Shown here: positions 35,705-46,393 of the stretch, in pieces
How positions within the stretch are numbered: position 1 is the stretch's first letter
Layout of the letters: each line of letters begins with the position of its first letter
NCBI GenBank assembly: GCA_963761335.1
Contig: CAVXGR010000011.1
Span: 320,001 to 384,000, forward strand
Source of the DNA: an uncultured delta proteobacterium
Lineage (GTDB): Bacteria; Desulfobacterota; Binatia; HRBIN30; BPIQ01
Length of the DNA: 64,000 nt
Direction of reading: 5' to 3'
The notes under the pieces: model-generated
The model's input: the letters and a program-made list of their open reading frames with translations, nothing else
The model's database searches: none
What the model was told of the DNA's origin: nothing
Program-made: the position numbers and the translations under genes

Positions 35705-37774
35705 TCAAGGTCCGAGCGGCGTGACCGACTGGAGAAACGGCACCGGCGGTGCGACGGAGGTGGCGAACTGATGCGCGCCGATGTCCCACGGGCCCGACGA
35801 TGGCCGGGAGTGGCCGAAGTAGTCGGTGGCGAACTGGCTCGACCAGAGATTCTGGCCGGCTCCGCGGGCGACGCTGTCGCCGGAGAGCAGCTCCAGGCTC
35901 GCCGGGTCGACGCCGGCGGCATTGACGACCAGCGGGGCGGTGCCCCAGCGATCGCCGGCACCGCTTCCCGGGCCGAACCATTCTCCGAGAGCGCCACGGC
36001 TCTGAAGGGACGCCACACCGGCGGCGGTGTCGTCGAGCGGATTCGGGCCACTCGTGGTCTTCGGCGTCGGACAGGCGCCATAGGCGCCGGCGGCAATGCC
36101 GGGTCCGCACTGCTCGGGGCAGCTGGTCGGCCCGGAGTTCCACAGCGCCGTGGCACTGGGATCGGCGCTCACCACGACGTTGTTCTGCCAGAGAGCGGTC
36201 GGTTGCGTCGACAGCGGCGAGAGCTTGATCACCGACCACCCGGTGGAGGGCGCGGTGTCGCTGCGGAAGATGTTGTTCACGAAGCGATAGCCGTCGTATC
36301 CGGTCTCCTCGATCATCACGTAGCCGATGCCGCCCGTCTTCCAGAAGGTGTTGTTGTAGAGCCAGACGTTCTGGCCGCAGTTGTACTGCTCGATCACGTA
36401 GAAGTAGTCGCCGACGCCGTAGGAGTTGCGCACCGTGATGTTGCGGCCGCCGACCGGCTTCATGCCCGACGCCTTGTTGTAGTGCGAGTTGAACGGGTTG
36501 CGCGGAAAGGTGGCGCTGTCGCGGTGGAAGTAGACGCGGTCCAAGGTGACGCCGTCGGTCTGGTACGTGTAGGAGGTGCCGAACTCGATGTCGCCCTCGC
36601 CGTTGTCGTGAATCTCGCTGTCGGTGAAGGTGGTGTTCTTGCAGCCGTGGAACTTCACCCCGTCGACGTTGTCGCAGCGCTGGCTGTCGGGGTAGGTGAA
36701 GCAGTCGGTGCAGGTGCCGGCGCCCGCGCCGGTACAGCAGGCATCGGGAGCTCCGGCGGCGGCGCAGCTGGCATTCGGGCTGGTGCACGAGCCGCTGCCA
36801 TTGCCGGTGCAGCACTTCGCCGGGACACCGGCGGCAGTGCACTGATCGTTGCGGGCCGAGATGAAGTTGGTCCTGGGGTTGTCGAAGATCTGAACCTTGG
36901 AGACGTCGACGTTCTCGGCGCAGCCGATGACGAGACCGCCCGGCGCGCCGGCGGTGGAGTCGCGGGCGTTGTCGTCGAACTGCGAGTTGGTGACGGTGAC
37001 GCCGGCGGTGTTGCGCTTGGTGAAGCTGCAATCGCCGTCGAAGCCCGAGGTGCAGACGCCGCCGCCCGGGCAGGGAGTGGACGCGGAGCAGAAGGAGCCC
37101 GGGGTGCTACCGCCGCTGCACTGCGAGTGGCGCCAGTTGTAGATGCCGATGATCATTCCGCCGCTGGCATTGCCGGTGACGCGCACGTGGTCGACGACCA
37201 GTCCGCTCGTGCCCGGACCGCCGTAGAGCTCGGCGCCGCCGCGCAGATCCGGGCTCACCAGCGGCGCGTTGGCGAGCGTCAGATCGCGAATGGTGAAGTT
37301 GCTGATAGTGGCCACTTCCGGGTTGGGATAGTTGCCGCTGTACCCCAGCGGCACCAGCGAGTGCCCGCCGCAAGGCAGGTTCCATCGCGCCGGATCGTTG
37401 TTGCCGGCGTCAATGACGACGCTGCTGAAATCGGCGATTCCCGCGTCGCCGGCCGAGCGCCCTTCGTAGGTCACGCCGCTCTGTGCGACGACGCAGTTGT
37501 AGACGCTGTTCACCGACCCCTTGTAGGTCCCCGGCGCGAAACGCACCACATCGCCGGCAGTCAGAGCCTGGCGACGAGATTGGTTCCAATATTGCAGGGT
37601 CGCACAGGGATGAGCGGATGGGTGCGTCCCTTTTCCGGTTCCGCAGTCGGCGTCGTCGAGTGGCGTCGATCCTGCGAATGCGCCGATGTAATAGGTCGCC
37701 GCCGGCGCCGCGGTGGCGGCGCCGAGGAGTGCCGCGGTGATCAGGACCAGCAATTGCCTTCGAGCTGCGAGCAT
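35705..37774 (-). CDS. Secreted right-handed beta-helix (pectin-lyase-like) protein with Cys-rich inserts
   Basis: Signal peptide ending APA-ATYY; AGDVVRFAPGTY, NFTIRDLTL, NITVRN, YNNTF, VNNIF, C-terminal DYFG..R...WDIGA. Confidence 0.75.
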   Translation of the reverse strand: MLAARRQLLVLITAALLGAATAAPAATYYIGAFAGSTPLDDADCGTGKGTHPSAHPCATLQYWNQSRRQALTAGDVVRFAPGTYKGSVNSVYNCVVAQSGVTYEGRSAGDAGIADFSSVVIDAGNNDPARWNLPCGGHSLVPLGYSGNYPNPEVATISNFTIRDLTLANAPLVSPDLRGGAELYGGPGTSGLVVDHVRVTGNASGGMIIGIYNWRHSQCSGGSTPGSFCSASTPCPGGGVCTSGFDGDCSFTKRNTAGVTVTNSQFDDNARDSTAGAPGGLVIGCAENVDVSKVQIFDNPRTNFISARNDQCTAAGVPAKCCTGNGSGSCTSPNASCAAAGAPDACCTGAGAGTCTDCFTYPDSQRCDNVDGVKFHGCKNTTFTDSEIHDNGEGDIEFGTSYTYQTDGVTLDRVYFHRDSATFPRNPFNSHYNKASGMKPVGGRNITVRNSYGVGDYFYVIEQYNCGQNVWLYNNTFWKTGGIGYVMIEETGYDGYRFVNNIFRSDTAPSTGWSVIKLSPLSTQPTALWQNNVVVSADPSATALWNSGPTSCPEQCGPGIAAGAYGACPTPKTTSGPNPLDDTAAGVASLQSRGALGEWFGPGSGAGDRWGTAPLVVNAAGVDPASLELLSGDSVARGAGQNLWSSQFATDYFGHSRPSSGPWDIGAHQFATSVAPPVPFLQSVTPLGP

Positions 37775-37935
37775 GTCTTCATTTCCAGCAACTTGTATAC
37801 CGCTTCGATTCCGCACAGCCGAGCGCATCGCACCTCGCAGGTCAGGCAGCGCCCGGCGCCGCGCAAGCCTCTTTGCAGCGAGGCGCCCGTGCCACCGCGC
37901 TGGGAAAATTCGCTCCGCATCGACTGGAGAATCTC

Positions 37936-39186
37936 ATGCGACTGCTGCTGATCGCGCCCGAGTTCCCGCCATCGGTGGGGGGCATGGCAACCAACGCCGC
38001 GCGCCTGTCGGCGCTACTTTCGGTGCGGGGTCACGAGGTGCGCGTGCTCACCGAGCGGCAGAATTCCGCGGACCGGGCCGCACAGCGACACGCTGTCGTC
38101 ACCCCGTGCCTGAGAGGGCGTTACGCCGCCGACGTGCGGCGCATCCGGCGGGAGATGGGAAAGTGGGCCGCCGACGCCGTGCTCCTTGGCAACGCGGGTT
38201 TTGCCCGCCTGGCGCTCGAGACGCGAGTACCCGTGGTGGCGCGCACGGTGGGCAACGACGTCTACAGCGCCTGGATCGGGCCGGCGCTGCCGCTCCGCTT
38301 TCTCGCCTGGCGGCTGCCCGGTCCGTTGGGCGCGCGCCTACGCGCTCTCGACCAGCAGCGCCGCACCGCCCTGATCGCCGGCGGGCTGCGCCGCTGCGAG
38401 GCCGTCATGTGCAACAGTGCTTACACGCGCGCGCGTCTCGCCGAGATGGGATTGCCGCCGCAGATCCTGCACGTCGTGCCCGGGGGGGTCGACACCGACG
38501 CCTTTCGACCGGCGGAACCGGCGCGCCGCGGTGGCGAGCCCGACAGCGAGATCATCCTCGGTGCCGCCGGCAATCTGAAGCCGATCAAGGGGTTCCACCT
38601 GGCCATCGAGGCGCTGGCGCGGCTGGCCGGAGAATGGCCAGGCCTCTCCTTGCTCATCGCGGGCGAGGGCGGCGAACGCCCGGCCCTCGAACGGCGCGCC
38701 GCCGAGCTCGGGATCGGCGACCGCGTCCGCCTTCTCGGCGATCTGTCTCTGGAAGAGATGCCGGCCTTCTATCGCCGCCTGGATCTCTATCTCCAGCCTT
38801 CGGTGCCGATTCACCAGGCACAGTCTGGAGTGCGGCTCGAGGAGTCGATGGGGCGCGCCCTCGCCGAGGCGCAGGCCAGTGGCCTCCCGGTGATCGGCAG
38901 CCGCAGCGGCGGCATCCCCGAGATGGTCGACGACGGGAATAGCGGCCTGATCGTGGAACACGGGGACGCCGGCGCCCTCGCTGCCGCCATCAACAGCCTC
39001 CTGCGCCAGCCGGATCTCCGGGCGCGCATGGGCGCCGCGGCGCGCTCGCGCGCCGTCGAACACTTTTCCTGGGAGGCCGTGGTCGCGGTTACGGAGGCGC
39101 TGCTCACCGAAGCGGTGCGGCGTCACCGGCAAACATCGGCCACCGGCGTGCCTCTCGCCGGAACGGTAGCGGAGCACTCGCGATGA
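37936..39186 (+). CDS. GT4 glycosyltransferase
   Basis: FPPSVGGM, GVDTDAFRP, ESMGRALAEAQASGLPVI. Confidence 0.9.
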   Translation: MRLLLIAPEFPPSVGGMATNAARLSALLSVRGHEVRVLTERQNSADRAAQRHAVVTPCLRGRYAADVRRIRREMGKWAADAVLLGNAGFARLALETRVPVVARTVGNDVYSAWIGPALPLRFLAWRLPGPLGARLRALDQQRRTALIAGGLRRCEAVMCNSAYTRARLAEMGLPPQILHVVPGGVDTDAFRPAEPARRGGEPDSEIILGAAGNLKPIKGFHLAIEALARLAGEWPGLSLLIAGEGGERPALERRAAELGIGDRVRLLGDLSLEEMPAFYRRLDLYLQPSVPIHQAQSGVRLEESMGRALAEAQASGLPVIGSRSGGIPEMVDDGNSGLIVEHGDAGALAAAINSLLRQPDLRARMGAAARSRAVEHFSWEAVVAVTEALLTEAVRRHRQTSATGVPLAGTVAEHSR

Positions 39187-40604
39187 GATCCTGGCATTTC
39201 TTCAAGTGGCGTCTGCTGGCGCGCTCCGACGGGTTCCCCGACTTCGGCGTCTATCGACGCCTGATGCGACAGCAGCAGATGGACGCCGAGCAGCTCGCCG
39301 GGCTGCGCCGCGAGAAGACGCAGCGTCTGGTGCGAGAGTGCCTGCGCAACATCCCCTACTACGGCGAGCTCATGCGGGCCGCCGGCATCGAAGCGGAGGA
39401 GGTGCGCGGCCCGGAGGATCTCGGCGTCCTGCCAATTCTCGACAAGGAGACCGTGCGGCGCGAGAGCGCTCGCATGCTCAATCGCGCCGCGCCGCCGTCG
39501 AGCTATTTCCCGCACAACAGCGGCGGCTCGACCGGCATGCCGCTCGATTTCTACCGGGGCTGGGAATACACCAAGATCGCCGGCGCCGCCGCCAACATGC
39601 GCTCCTTCGCCACCATGGGCTGGAAGCCGGGCGACATGCTGGTGCGCTTCTGGGCGCCGCGGGAGGACGAGACTCCTCCCCGCGGCCTGCTCGGCCAGGC
39701 GCGCCGCCGCATGCGGCGCTGGCTCGAGCCGCCCGAGATCCTCTTCAGCTCCTACCAGACGACGCCGCGCGACATGGAGGGATGGCTGCAAACTCTCATC
39801 GCGGTGCGTCCCCGCTTCTTCTATGGATACGCCTCGAACCTGATCCTGTTCGCCGATTTCCTCACCGAGCGCGGTGTCCGGGTCGACTGCGTGGAGGGGA
39901 TCGCCTCCACCGGCGACGCCCTCTTTCCGCGCGATCGGCAGCGACTTCAGAGCTGCTTTCCGCGCGCCACCATCATCGACATCTACGGCAGCCGCGAGGT
40001 GCCGGGGATCGCCTCCGAATGCCGGCACGGCACCATGCACGTCAACGCCGATCTGGTGCACGTCGACTACGAGCCGACCTCCGAGGAGCCGGGACGCCAG
40101 CGGCTGATCGTCACCGCCCTCGACAACCTGATCTTTCCGTTCATCCGCTACGACATCGGCGACTTCGGAGCGCCGCAGCGTGACCGCTGCGCATGCGGGC
40201 TCGCCTTCCCGGCGATGGAATGGGGCTTCGGCAAGGTGCTCGACTCGTTCCTCACTCCGGAGGGAACACTGGTCACCGGCGGCGTCTTCGAGGACCTGAT
40301 GCACCATGTCTCCGGCGTGCACGCCTATCAGTTCCGGCAGAAGACGGTCACCGACATCCGCCTCTACGTGGTTCCCTCCGCGGAGTTTGGCGAGGAGACG
40401 CGCCACCACCTGCGCCGCGTCGAGACGCAGATCCCCGCGATGTTCAGTCCGCGCGCCCGACTCGGCGTCGAGATCGTCGACGCCATTCCGCCGACGCCGG
40501 CGGGCAAGCACCAGATCGTGGTCTCGGAGCTCAGACGAGGCGCGCCGGCGGCCCTCGTCAACCAGGAGACGGGTGTGGCCAGGCTGGCCGCGGTCCGTGG
40601 GTGA
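39183..40604 (+). CDS. Phenylacetate-CoA-ligase-like (CapK-type) adenylate-forming enzyme
   Basis: LPILDK, SGGSTGMP, YGSRE, PFIRYDIGD, GKH. Confidence 0.88.
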   Translation: MRSWHFFKWRLLARSDGFPDFGVYRRLMRQQQMDAEQLAGLRREKTQRLVRECLRNIPYYGELMRAAGIEAEEVRGPEDLGVLPILDKETVRRESARMLNRAAPPSSYFPHNSGGSTGMPLDFYRGWEYTKIAGAAANMRSFATMGWKPGDMLVRFWAPREDETPPRGLLGQARRRMRRWLEPPEILFSSYQTTPRDMEGWLQTLIAVRPRFFYGYASNLILFADFLTERGVRVDCVEGIASTGDALFPRDRQRLQSCFPRATIIDIYGSREVPGIASECRHGTMHVNADLVHVDYEPTSEEPGRQRLIVTALDNLIFPFIRYDIGDFGAPQRDRCACGLAFPAMEWGFGKVLDSFLTPEGTLVTGGVFEDLMHHVSGVHAYQFRQKTVTDIRLYVVPSAEFGEETRHHLRRVETQIPAMFSPRARLGVEIVDAIPPTPAGKHQIVVSELRRGAPAALVNQETGVARLAAVRG

Positions 40605-40614
40605 AGCTCGGGCG

Positions 40615-41514
40615 ATGCAAGCTCTCACACTGGTCGAAGGACGGGCGGCGGCACCTGCACCAGCGGCGGCGCCGACGCTGCTCGAATACCTGCACGCCTG
40701 CCCGATCTGCGACAATCGCGACCTGCGCCACTACTGCCGAGTGCCGTCTCTGTTCAACGCCGGGGAGTTCATCCGCTACGAGCGCTGCACCGGCTGCGGC
40801 ACGGTGTTGCGCAACCCGCGCACGCCCGCGACCCTGCGGCTCGACAAGTACGAGCGGCGGCCACCGCGGCCCGAAGAGCTGGAGCTCGATCCCCTCAACC
40901 AGATCTACTACCGCTTCATGAGCCGCATTCTGCGTCGAATGGAATCTCCGCAGAGCCGCCACCGGCTCCTCGACTTCGGCTGCGGCGCCGGCGGCTTCCT
41001 GGTCGAGGCGCGCGCCGCCGGCTTCGACGTCATGGGACTGGAGCTCAACCGCGGCTTGGCCGCACACGTCACCGGCACCCACGGCATCCGCGTGTTCCAG
41101 GGGCTGATCGACGACGCGGAGCTCGCCGCCGAGCGCTTCGACGTCATCATCTCCTCGGAGGTCTTCGAGCACCTCCTCGATCCGCGCGAGACCCTGCGAC
41201 AGCTGCGGGCACGCCTGCGGCGCCCCGGGCTGGCGCTCATCGAGGTGCCGAACCTCCTCCACGTTCGCGAGCGCCTGCGGCGCGGCTCGACCATGGACGA
41301 TGCCCATCTCTTCTACTTCAGCGCCCGCAGCCTGACGCGGCTGCTCGGCGATGCGGGACTGCGCGTCGTCGATGTGCACCAGGGGCTGCGGCCGCATCGC
41401 ATCCTGCGCCGCTATGCGCGCTTCCTGCCCCTCGGCCTGTTCGCCACCGCCTCGAAGGCGACGGCGCTGCTGCGCCTGCGCACCGGCCTGAGTGTCATCG
41501 CCCGCCTCGACTGA
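40615..41514 (+). CDS. Class I SAM-dependent methyltransferase with N-terminal Zn ribbon
   Basis: CPIC...CTGC, LLDFGCGAG, VFEHLLDP, IEVPN, HLFYFS. Confidence 0.88.
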   Translation: MQALTLVEGRAAAPAPAAAPTLLEYLHACPICDNRDLRHYCRVPSLFNAGEFIRYERCTGCGTVLRNPRTPATLRLDKYERRPPRPEELELDPLNQIYYRFMSRILRRMESPQSRHRLLDFGCGAGGFLVEARAAGFDVMGLELNRGLAAHVTGTHGIRVFQGLIDDAELAAERFDVIISSEVFEHLLDPRETLRQLRARLRRPGLALIEVPNLLHVRERLRRGSTMDDAHLFYFSARSLTRLLGDAGLRVVDVHQGLRPHRILRRYARFLPLGLFATASKATALLRLRTGLSVIARLD

Positions 41515-41521
41515 AAGGACC

Positions 41522-42439
41522 ATGCTCGACTATCCGAAAAAGCTCGTCGTCAACCAGATCCTGGGAGTGGCGCCGGTGCGGCGCCTGCTCGATCGACTGA
41601 GTGCGCGGCCTTCGCTGGCACCGGTGCGGCGCGACCCCGGCGACATCTGGAGCGACCCCTTCCACCCCGAGCTGGCCCTGCGCAAGTTCCGCCGCGTGCA
41701 GTCGGTGCTCGCCGACGAGAATTGCTGTCGCGACCGCACGGTGGTCGAGATCGGTCCGGGCATGAGCCTGGGAATGGGCATCGTTGCCATCGCCCTGGGA
41801 GCGCGCCGCTGCGTGCTCGCCGACTGCGATCGCTATCTGACGCGTGACCCGCGCAGCGCCGCCGCGCACCGAGCCCTGCTCGATCTGCTGCCCACCTGGA
41901 TTCCCGACGCCGACGAACGCTATCGGCACTGCGTGCGCATCGACGGCGACCAGGTGCTGCCAGACGGCGACCTCCTGAGCTACGTGATCGCCCCCGCGGA
42001 ACGGCTGCCTCTGGCGAGCGGTGCCGTCGATCTGATCGTCTCCCACTCGACGCTCGAGCACATCGTCGACGTCGACGCCGCGATCGCCGAGCTCGCCCGG
42101 ATCACGGCTCCCGGAGGGCGCGGCGTGCACCAGGTGGACCTGCGCGATCACCTCGACGCGGCACAGCCGCTGCGCATGCTGCAGTACTCGCCGCGCGCCT
42201 GGAACCTGATCGCCAGCCATCGACGCGGCTGGAGCAACCGCCTCCGGCTTCCGGATTACCACGCCGGCTTCGAGCGCCACGGCTTCGCCGTCGAGAGGAT
42301 GGAGGTCACCGAGTCACTTCCTGCCGGCGAGCTCGAGGAAATGCGCGCCCGCCTGCAGCCGGAGTTTCGCCGCCTGTCTGCCGAGGCGCTTCAGGCACTG
42401 GGCTTTCGCTGCGCCGTGCGCAAGCGGGTGGCCTCCTGA
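41522..42439 (+). CDS. Class I SAM-dependent methyltransferase
   Basis: VEIGPG, DLIVSHSTLEH, HQVDLRDH, NRLR. Confidence 0.85.
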   Translation: MLDYPKKLVVNQILGVAPVRRLLDRLSARPSLAPVRRDPGDIWSDPFHPELALRKFRRVQSVLADENCCRDRTVVEIGPGMSLGMGIVAIALGARRCVLADCDRYLTRDPRSAAAHRALLDLLPTWIPDADERYRHCVRIDGDQVLPDGDLLSYVIAPAERLPLASGAVDLIVSHSTLEHIVDVDAAIAELARITAPGGRGVHQVDLRDHLDAAQPLRMLQYSPRAWNLIASHRRGWSNRLRLPDYHAGFERHGFAVERMEVTESLPAGELEEMRARLQPEFRRLSAEALQALGFRCAVRKRVAS

Positions 42440-42451
42440 GGAGCGGCTCCG

Positions 42452-44122
42452 GTGCGCGTCTACACTCCATCGATGCGAACTGCGGCGGCGCTCGTTCTTC
42501 TGCTGGCCGTGCTCACCTGCGGCATGCGCATTCTCTACACCGGCCATCAGCTGGTGGTCGGCGACGAGTTCGAGCACATTCACGCCGCCTACCTGGTCTC
42601 CCGGGGAGAGCGCCCCTATGTCGATTTCTTCGAGCACCACACGCCGCTCTTCTATTATCTCGCCGCGATCGCGGTGCCGATGACGCAGCCGACCTTCGAC
42701 ACCATCATCCGCGTCAGATACATGGCGCTCGGCTTCGCGGCCTTGACCACGCTGCTCGCCGGCCTGTGGATGTGGCGGCAATGGGGCCGCACCGAGGCGC
42801 TGGTGGTGCTGACCTTGCTGCTCACCGACTTCTTCCTGTTCGCCCGCGGCAGCCTCTCGTATCTCGACACCTATGCCGCTCCGCTGCTGGTGCTCTCCGC
42901 CATGCTGCTCGCCGAGAGCCGCGGCCGACCGCTGCGGGGGTTGGCCTCCGGCGCCGCACTCGGGTTGGCCATCCTCTTCACGCAGAAGGCGACCATCGCG
43001 GCTGCGGCGCCGGCGATCTGGTTTGTTGCCGGCGCCGCGAGGCGCGAAGACCGCGCTTCCTGGCGAATGGAGCTGCTCGCCTTCGCCGCCGGAGCGACGA
43101 TGGCGGCGACGCTGTTGCCGGCGCTTCTGGGCACCGATGGCCTCGCCGGCTTCTTCCGCGACAACGTGCTGCTGAACCTGGGATGGAAGGCACGCCATTT
43201 CCCGACCAAGGAGCTGGCGGCGCTGGCGGTCACGGGAGGCGGCGTCTACGTTCTGGCAGTGGCCGGAGCCCTGGTGCAGCTCCGCAGCCTGTGGATGCGG
43301 CGCCTCGCCGTAATCGCGGAGGACGTGCCGGTGCTCTTCCTCGTGGCGCTGTCCGCCGGCATCGCGTTTCTCCCGGTCGTCTGGGAGGAGTACTTCATCC
43401 TCCTCGTCCCGTTTCTGCTGGTGAACGCCGGGATCACGGTTGTGCGCGGGTCGCGGCACTTTCTCTGCGCGGGCAACCGATCCGACATGCCGCCGTGGGT
43501 ATCGACGTCGGCGGCGGCGCGAGGCCTCGCCGCAGCCCTGGCAATCACCGCGGTGTGCACAATCATCCGCGGCGCCTCCCCCCTCGCGACGTTGTCACCG
43601 GCGGCGGTTGTGGGGCTGCTGGCAATCTGGGCCGCCATCGCCCTGCTCATGTGGAGCAGCGTCGACGCCCCGTCCAGCTACCGGGCGGCTCTCTGGCTCG
43701 CCGTGTTGGTCGCCTTTCCGCTCGTGCAGCAGGCCGACTGGATCTTCAAGAAGCCCAACGATGCGCAGCGGCGCCGCGTCGACTACGTGATGCGCACCAC
43801 CGCTCCCGACGATACGGTCTTCGACGGCTACAGCGGCTACGGGCTGTTCCGGACGCACGCCTACCGATACTGGTTCCTCCACGACGAGGTGCAGGCGATG
43901 CTCAGCCGGGAGCAGAAGGGGCGCGAGGTGATTGCCGCACTCGAGCGCCAGCGAACGCCTGTGGTGATCGACGACCAGTACGTCGATACTCTGCCGGCAG
44001 AGCTTCGCAACTACATTCACCGCATGTATCAGCGCACCTCGTTTCCCGACATCAAGCGCCGCCGCTTGCCCAGCGGCATCGGCGGCGAGACATCGGATTC
44101 GACCTATGCGAGAGAGGACTGA
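42452..44122 (+). CDS. GT-C fold (PMT/ArnT-like) membrane glycosyltransferase
   Basis: DEFEHIHAA..GERPYVDFFEHHTPL, FTQK, multiple TMs. Confidence 0.7.
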   Translation: MRVYTPSMRTAAALVLLLAVLTCGMRILYTGHQLVVGDEFEHIHAAYLVSRGERPYVDFFEHHTPLFYYLAAIAVPMTQPTFDTIIRVRYMALGFAALTTLLAGLWMWRQWGRTEALVVLTLLLTDFFLFARGSLSYLDTYAAPLLVLSAMLLAESRGRPLRGLASGAALGLAILFTQKATIAAAAPAIWFVAGAARREDRASWRMELLAFAAGATMAATLLPALLGTDGLAGFFRDNVLLNLGWKARHFPTKELAALAVTGGGVYVLAVAGALVQLRSLWMRRLAVIAEDVPVLFLVALSAGIAFLPVVWEEYFILLVPFLLVNAGITVVRGSRHFLCAGNRSDMPPWVSTSAAARGLAAALAITAVCTIIRGASPLATLSPAAVVGLLAIWAAIALLMWSSVDAPSSYRAALWLAVLVAFPLVQQADWIFKKPNDAQRRRVDYVMRTTAPDDTVFDGYSGYGLFRTHAYRYWFLHDEVQAMLSREQKGREVIAALERQRTPVVIDDQYVDTLPAELRNYIHRMYQRTSFPDIKRRRLPSGIGGETSDSTYARED

Positions 44123-44126
44123 AGCG

Positions 44127-45080
44127 ATGACCCGACCGACGGCCCACATCAGCGTCGACCTCGATCCCGTCGACACACACCTCGCCGGTTACGGCCTGGA
44201 GGCGCCGCGGTGCGACCGCATCTATCGCACCAGCGTCCCCCGCATTTTCGACGTGCTCGAACGCGTGGGGATCAAGGCGACGGTGTTCGTCATCGCCCGC
44301 GATGCCGAGCGCGAGGCGTCCCTCTGGCGCGACGCAGTGCGCCGAGGCCACGAGATCGGCAGCCATTCGTTGACCCATCCCATCCCCTTCGCCTCGCTCC
44401 CCGCGGCGCGGCTGGAGCGCGAGCTGCGCGAGAGCCGCGAGCGGCTCGAGCAGGTCACCGGCCGCGCCGTCGTCGGCTTCCGAGCCCCCGGATGGGACGT
44501 CGACGCGGCAACGCTGGAGGCGATCGCCGAGGCCGGCTACCGCTACGATGCCTCCATCCTCGCCTCGCCGGCGTTGCTGCCCGGGGCGATCATGCGCTTC
44601 GTCCTCTCGGCGGGGCGCATGCGCGAGATCTCCATTGCACGCACTCTGCGCATGGCTTTCCGCAGCCGCCGTCCCCATCGGATCCACGGCGACACCGGGC
44701 TCTGGGAGTTCCCGGTCGCCGTGTCGCCGCTGCTGCGCGTGCCGTTCACCCACACTCTCTGGTACCTCGCGCCGGCCGGCGTCTGCCGCAGGACCTACCG
44801 CTCGATTCGCCGCTCCGGTTCGCCGCTGGCATATCAGTTCCACGCCGCCGATCTGCTCGATCTCGAGCGCGACGGCATTGACCCGCGATTCGGGCGGCAT
44901 CCGGGCATGCGCCTGCCGCTCGAGCGCAAGACGGCGCTGCTCGAGGGGTTCCTCACCGAGATCGCTTCCGACTACGAAGTACGCACCTACGGCGAGGTGG
45001 TCGGGGCAGCAATGGCCGCGACCATGGAGGACACGGTGACGGCCAGTGTCGCCAGCGGCGTTGCCGGAGGGCGTGCGTGA
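44127..45080 (+). CDS. Polysaccharide deacetylase family protein
   Basis: ISVDLD, ATVFV, HEIGSHSLTH, GFRAPGW, YDAS. Confidence 0.85.
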   Translation: MTRPTAHISVDLDPVDTHLAGYGLEAPRCDRIYRTSVPRIFDVLERVGIKATVFVIARDAEREASLWRDAVRRGHEIGSHSLTHPIPFASLPAARLERELRESRERLEQVTGRAVVGFRAPGWDVDAATLEAIAEAGYRYDASILASPALLPGAIMRFVLSAGRMREISIARTLRMAFRSRRPHRIHGDTGLWEFPVAVSPLLRVPFTHTLWYLAPAGVCRRTYRSIRRSGSPLAYQFHAADLLDLERDGIDPRFGRHPGMRLPLERKTALLEGFLTEIASDYEVRTYGEVVGAAMAATMEDTVTASVASGVAGGRA

Positions 45081-46393
45081 ACTCCAACGCCGTGCCCGCC
45101 GCTTCGGCCGCGCGCCAGCGGACGCGTGCCGCGGTCTCCAGTCGTCGCGCCCTGCTGCTGGCGGCGATCGGCTTCAGCCTGGCGCTGGCGATCGTCTCCG
45201 CCAGGGTGATGCACAAGATCAGCCTGGCACATCCCAGCCCCCGGCACTGGGCTCTCGCCGATTTTCGCGACGCGATCTACTTCCCGGTGATCGCCTTTGT
45301 GGATGGCAACAATCCCTACGATGTGCCGCATTACATGCAGCTCTATCCGATCGGCAGCCGCTTTCCTCCCTATGCGCCGTCGACGCTGATCGTTCACCTG
45401 CCGGTGGCACTGCTGTCACTGCCGGCGGCCAGTGCGGCGTACTTCCTCGCCTCCGTGGGCCTCATCCTATTGCTGTCCTGGCTGGCGTTGCGCGGCAGCG
45501 GCGGCCCCCTCACGGCGGCAGCGGTGCTCGCGGTCGGCGCGGCCTTGTTGATCTCGCGCGCCGGCCACTGGGCCCTGCTGCTCGGCCAGTACTCGGCCAC
45601 CGTCGGGGTGGGCACCTACCTGGCGCTCCAGTTCGCGCAGCGGCGCCCGTGGCTGGCCGCTTTCGGCGTGGCCCTGGCGACCATCAAGCCAACCTTCGGG
45701 GTTCCTCTGGCGTTCCTGCTGTGGTGGCAGGGCGAGCGGCGCGTCGCCTATGCCGGCATTGCCGCCAACGCGGCCCTCTCCTTCGCGGCGCTGGCGGTGC
45801 TCGTGCACAGCGCCGGCGGGATCGGCGCCTTCGCACATTCGCTATCCCTGAGCGAGGCCGACTTCGCCGCCGAAGCGAGCGTCAACCCGATCACCACGCC
45901 GTTCCGTGTCGACACCCTCGTCATCATCGCCCGGCTCCTGGGACGGGTTCCGGGCCTGGCTCTCGAAGGCCTCATCACGCTGGTGATCCTGACGATCGGC
46001 GGCCTCGGGTTGCGCCGCCTCGCCGGCCGCGCCGACGAGGCGGCGCGGCAGCTGAGCATGGGGCTGATCTGCGTGAGCATCATCATCTGCACATATCACC
46101 AGGCCTACGACCTGGTGCTCCTGGCGCTGCCGCTCTGCGCTCTGGCATTGCGCACCGAGCCCTGGGCGTCGCACCCCTCTTTGCGCTGGGTGATGATGGC
46201 GCTGCTGACGCTGCCGGCCTTCAATTATCTGTCCTCCGGCACGGCACTCGACTATCTGCATCTCCACGGCGCCGCCTGGGTCGCCGTCACCTCGTTCAAT
46301 CCGGTGGCGCTGACTGCGGCATTCGCGATCTATGTGGCGATGGCGCTGGGAGGGTTGCCGGGTGACCGAGTTGGCGGGCTGGCGAGTGGGTGA
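45077..46393 (+). CDS. GT87/DUF2029 GT-C glycosyltransferase
   Basis: DF..., NPY, PYAP, GQ, IKP, HQAYDLVLL; polytopic. Confidence 0.8.
   Translation: MNSNAVPAASAARQRTRAAVSSRRALLLAAIGFSLALAIVSARVMHKISLAHPSPRHWALADFRDAIYFPVIAFVDGNNPYDVPHYMQLYPIGSRFPPYAPSTLIVHLPVALLSLPAASAAYFLASVGLILLLSWLALRGSGGPLTAAAVLAVGAALLISRAGHWALLLGQYSATVGVGTYLALQFAQRRPWLAAFGVALATIKPTFGVPLAFLLWWQGERRVAYAGIAANAALSFAALAVLVHSAGGIGAFAHSLSLSEADFAAEASVNPITTPFRVDTLVIIARLLGRVPGLALEGLITLVILTIGGLGLRRLAGRADEAARQLSMGLICVSIIICTYHQAYDLVLLALPLCALALRTEPWASHPSLRWVMMALLTLPAFNYLSSGTALDYLHLHGAAWVAVTSFNPVALTAAFAIYVAMALGGLPGDRVGGLASG

Noticed and set aside
35705..35760. PEP-CTERM-like sorting signal on the secreted proteins
   Set aside because: The C-termini ([26 protein letters not shown]) lack the PEP motif, TM helix and basic tail.
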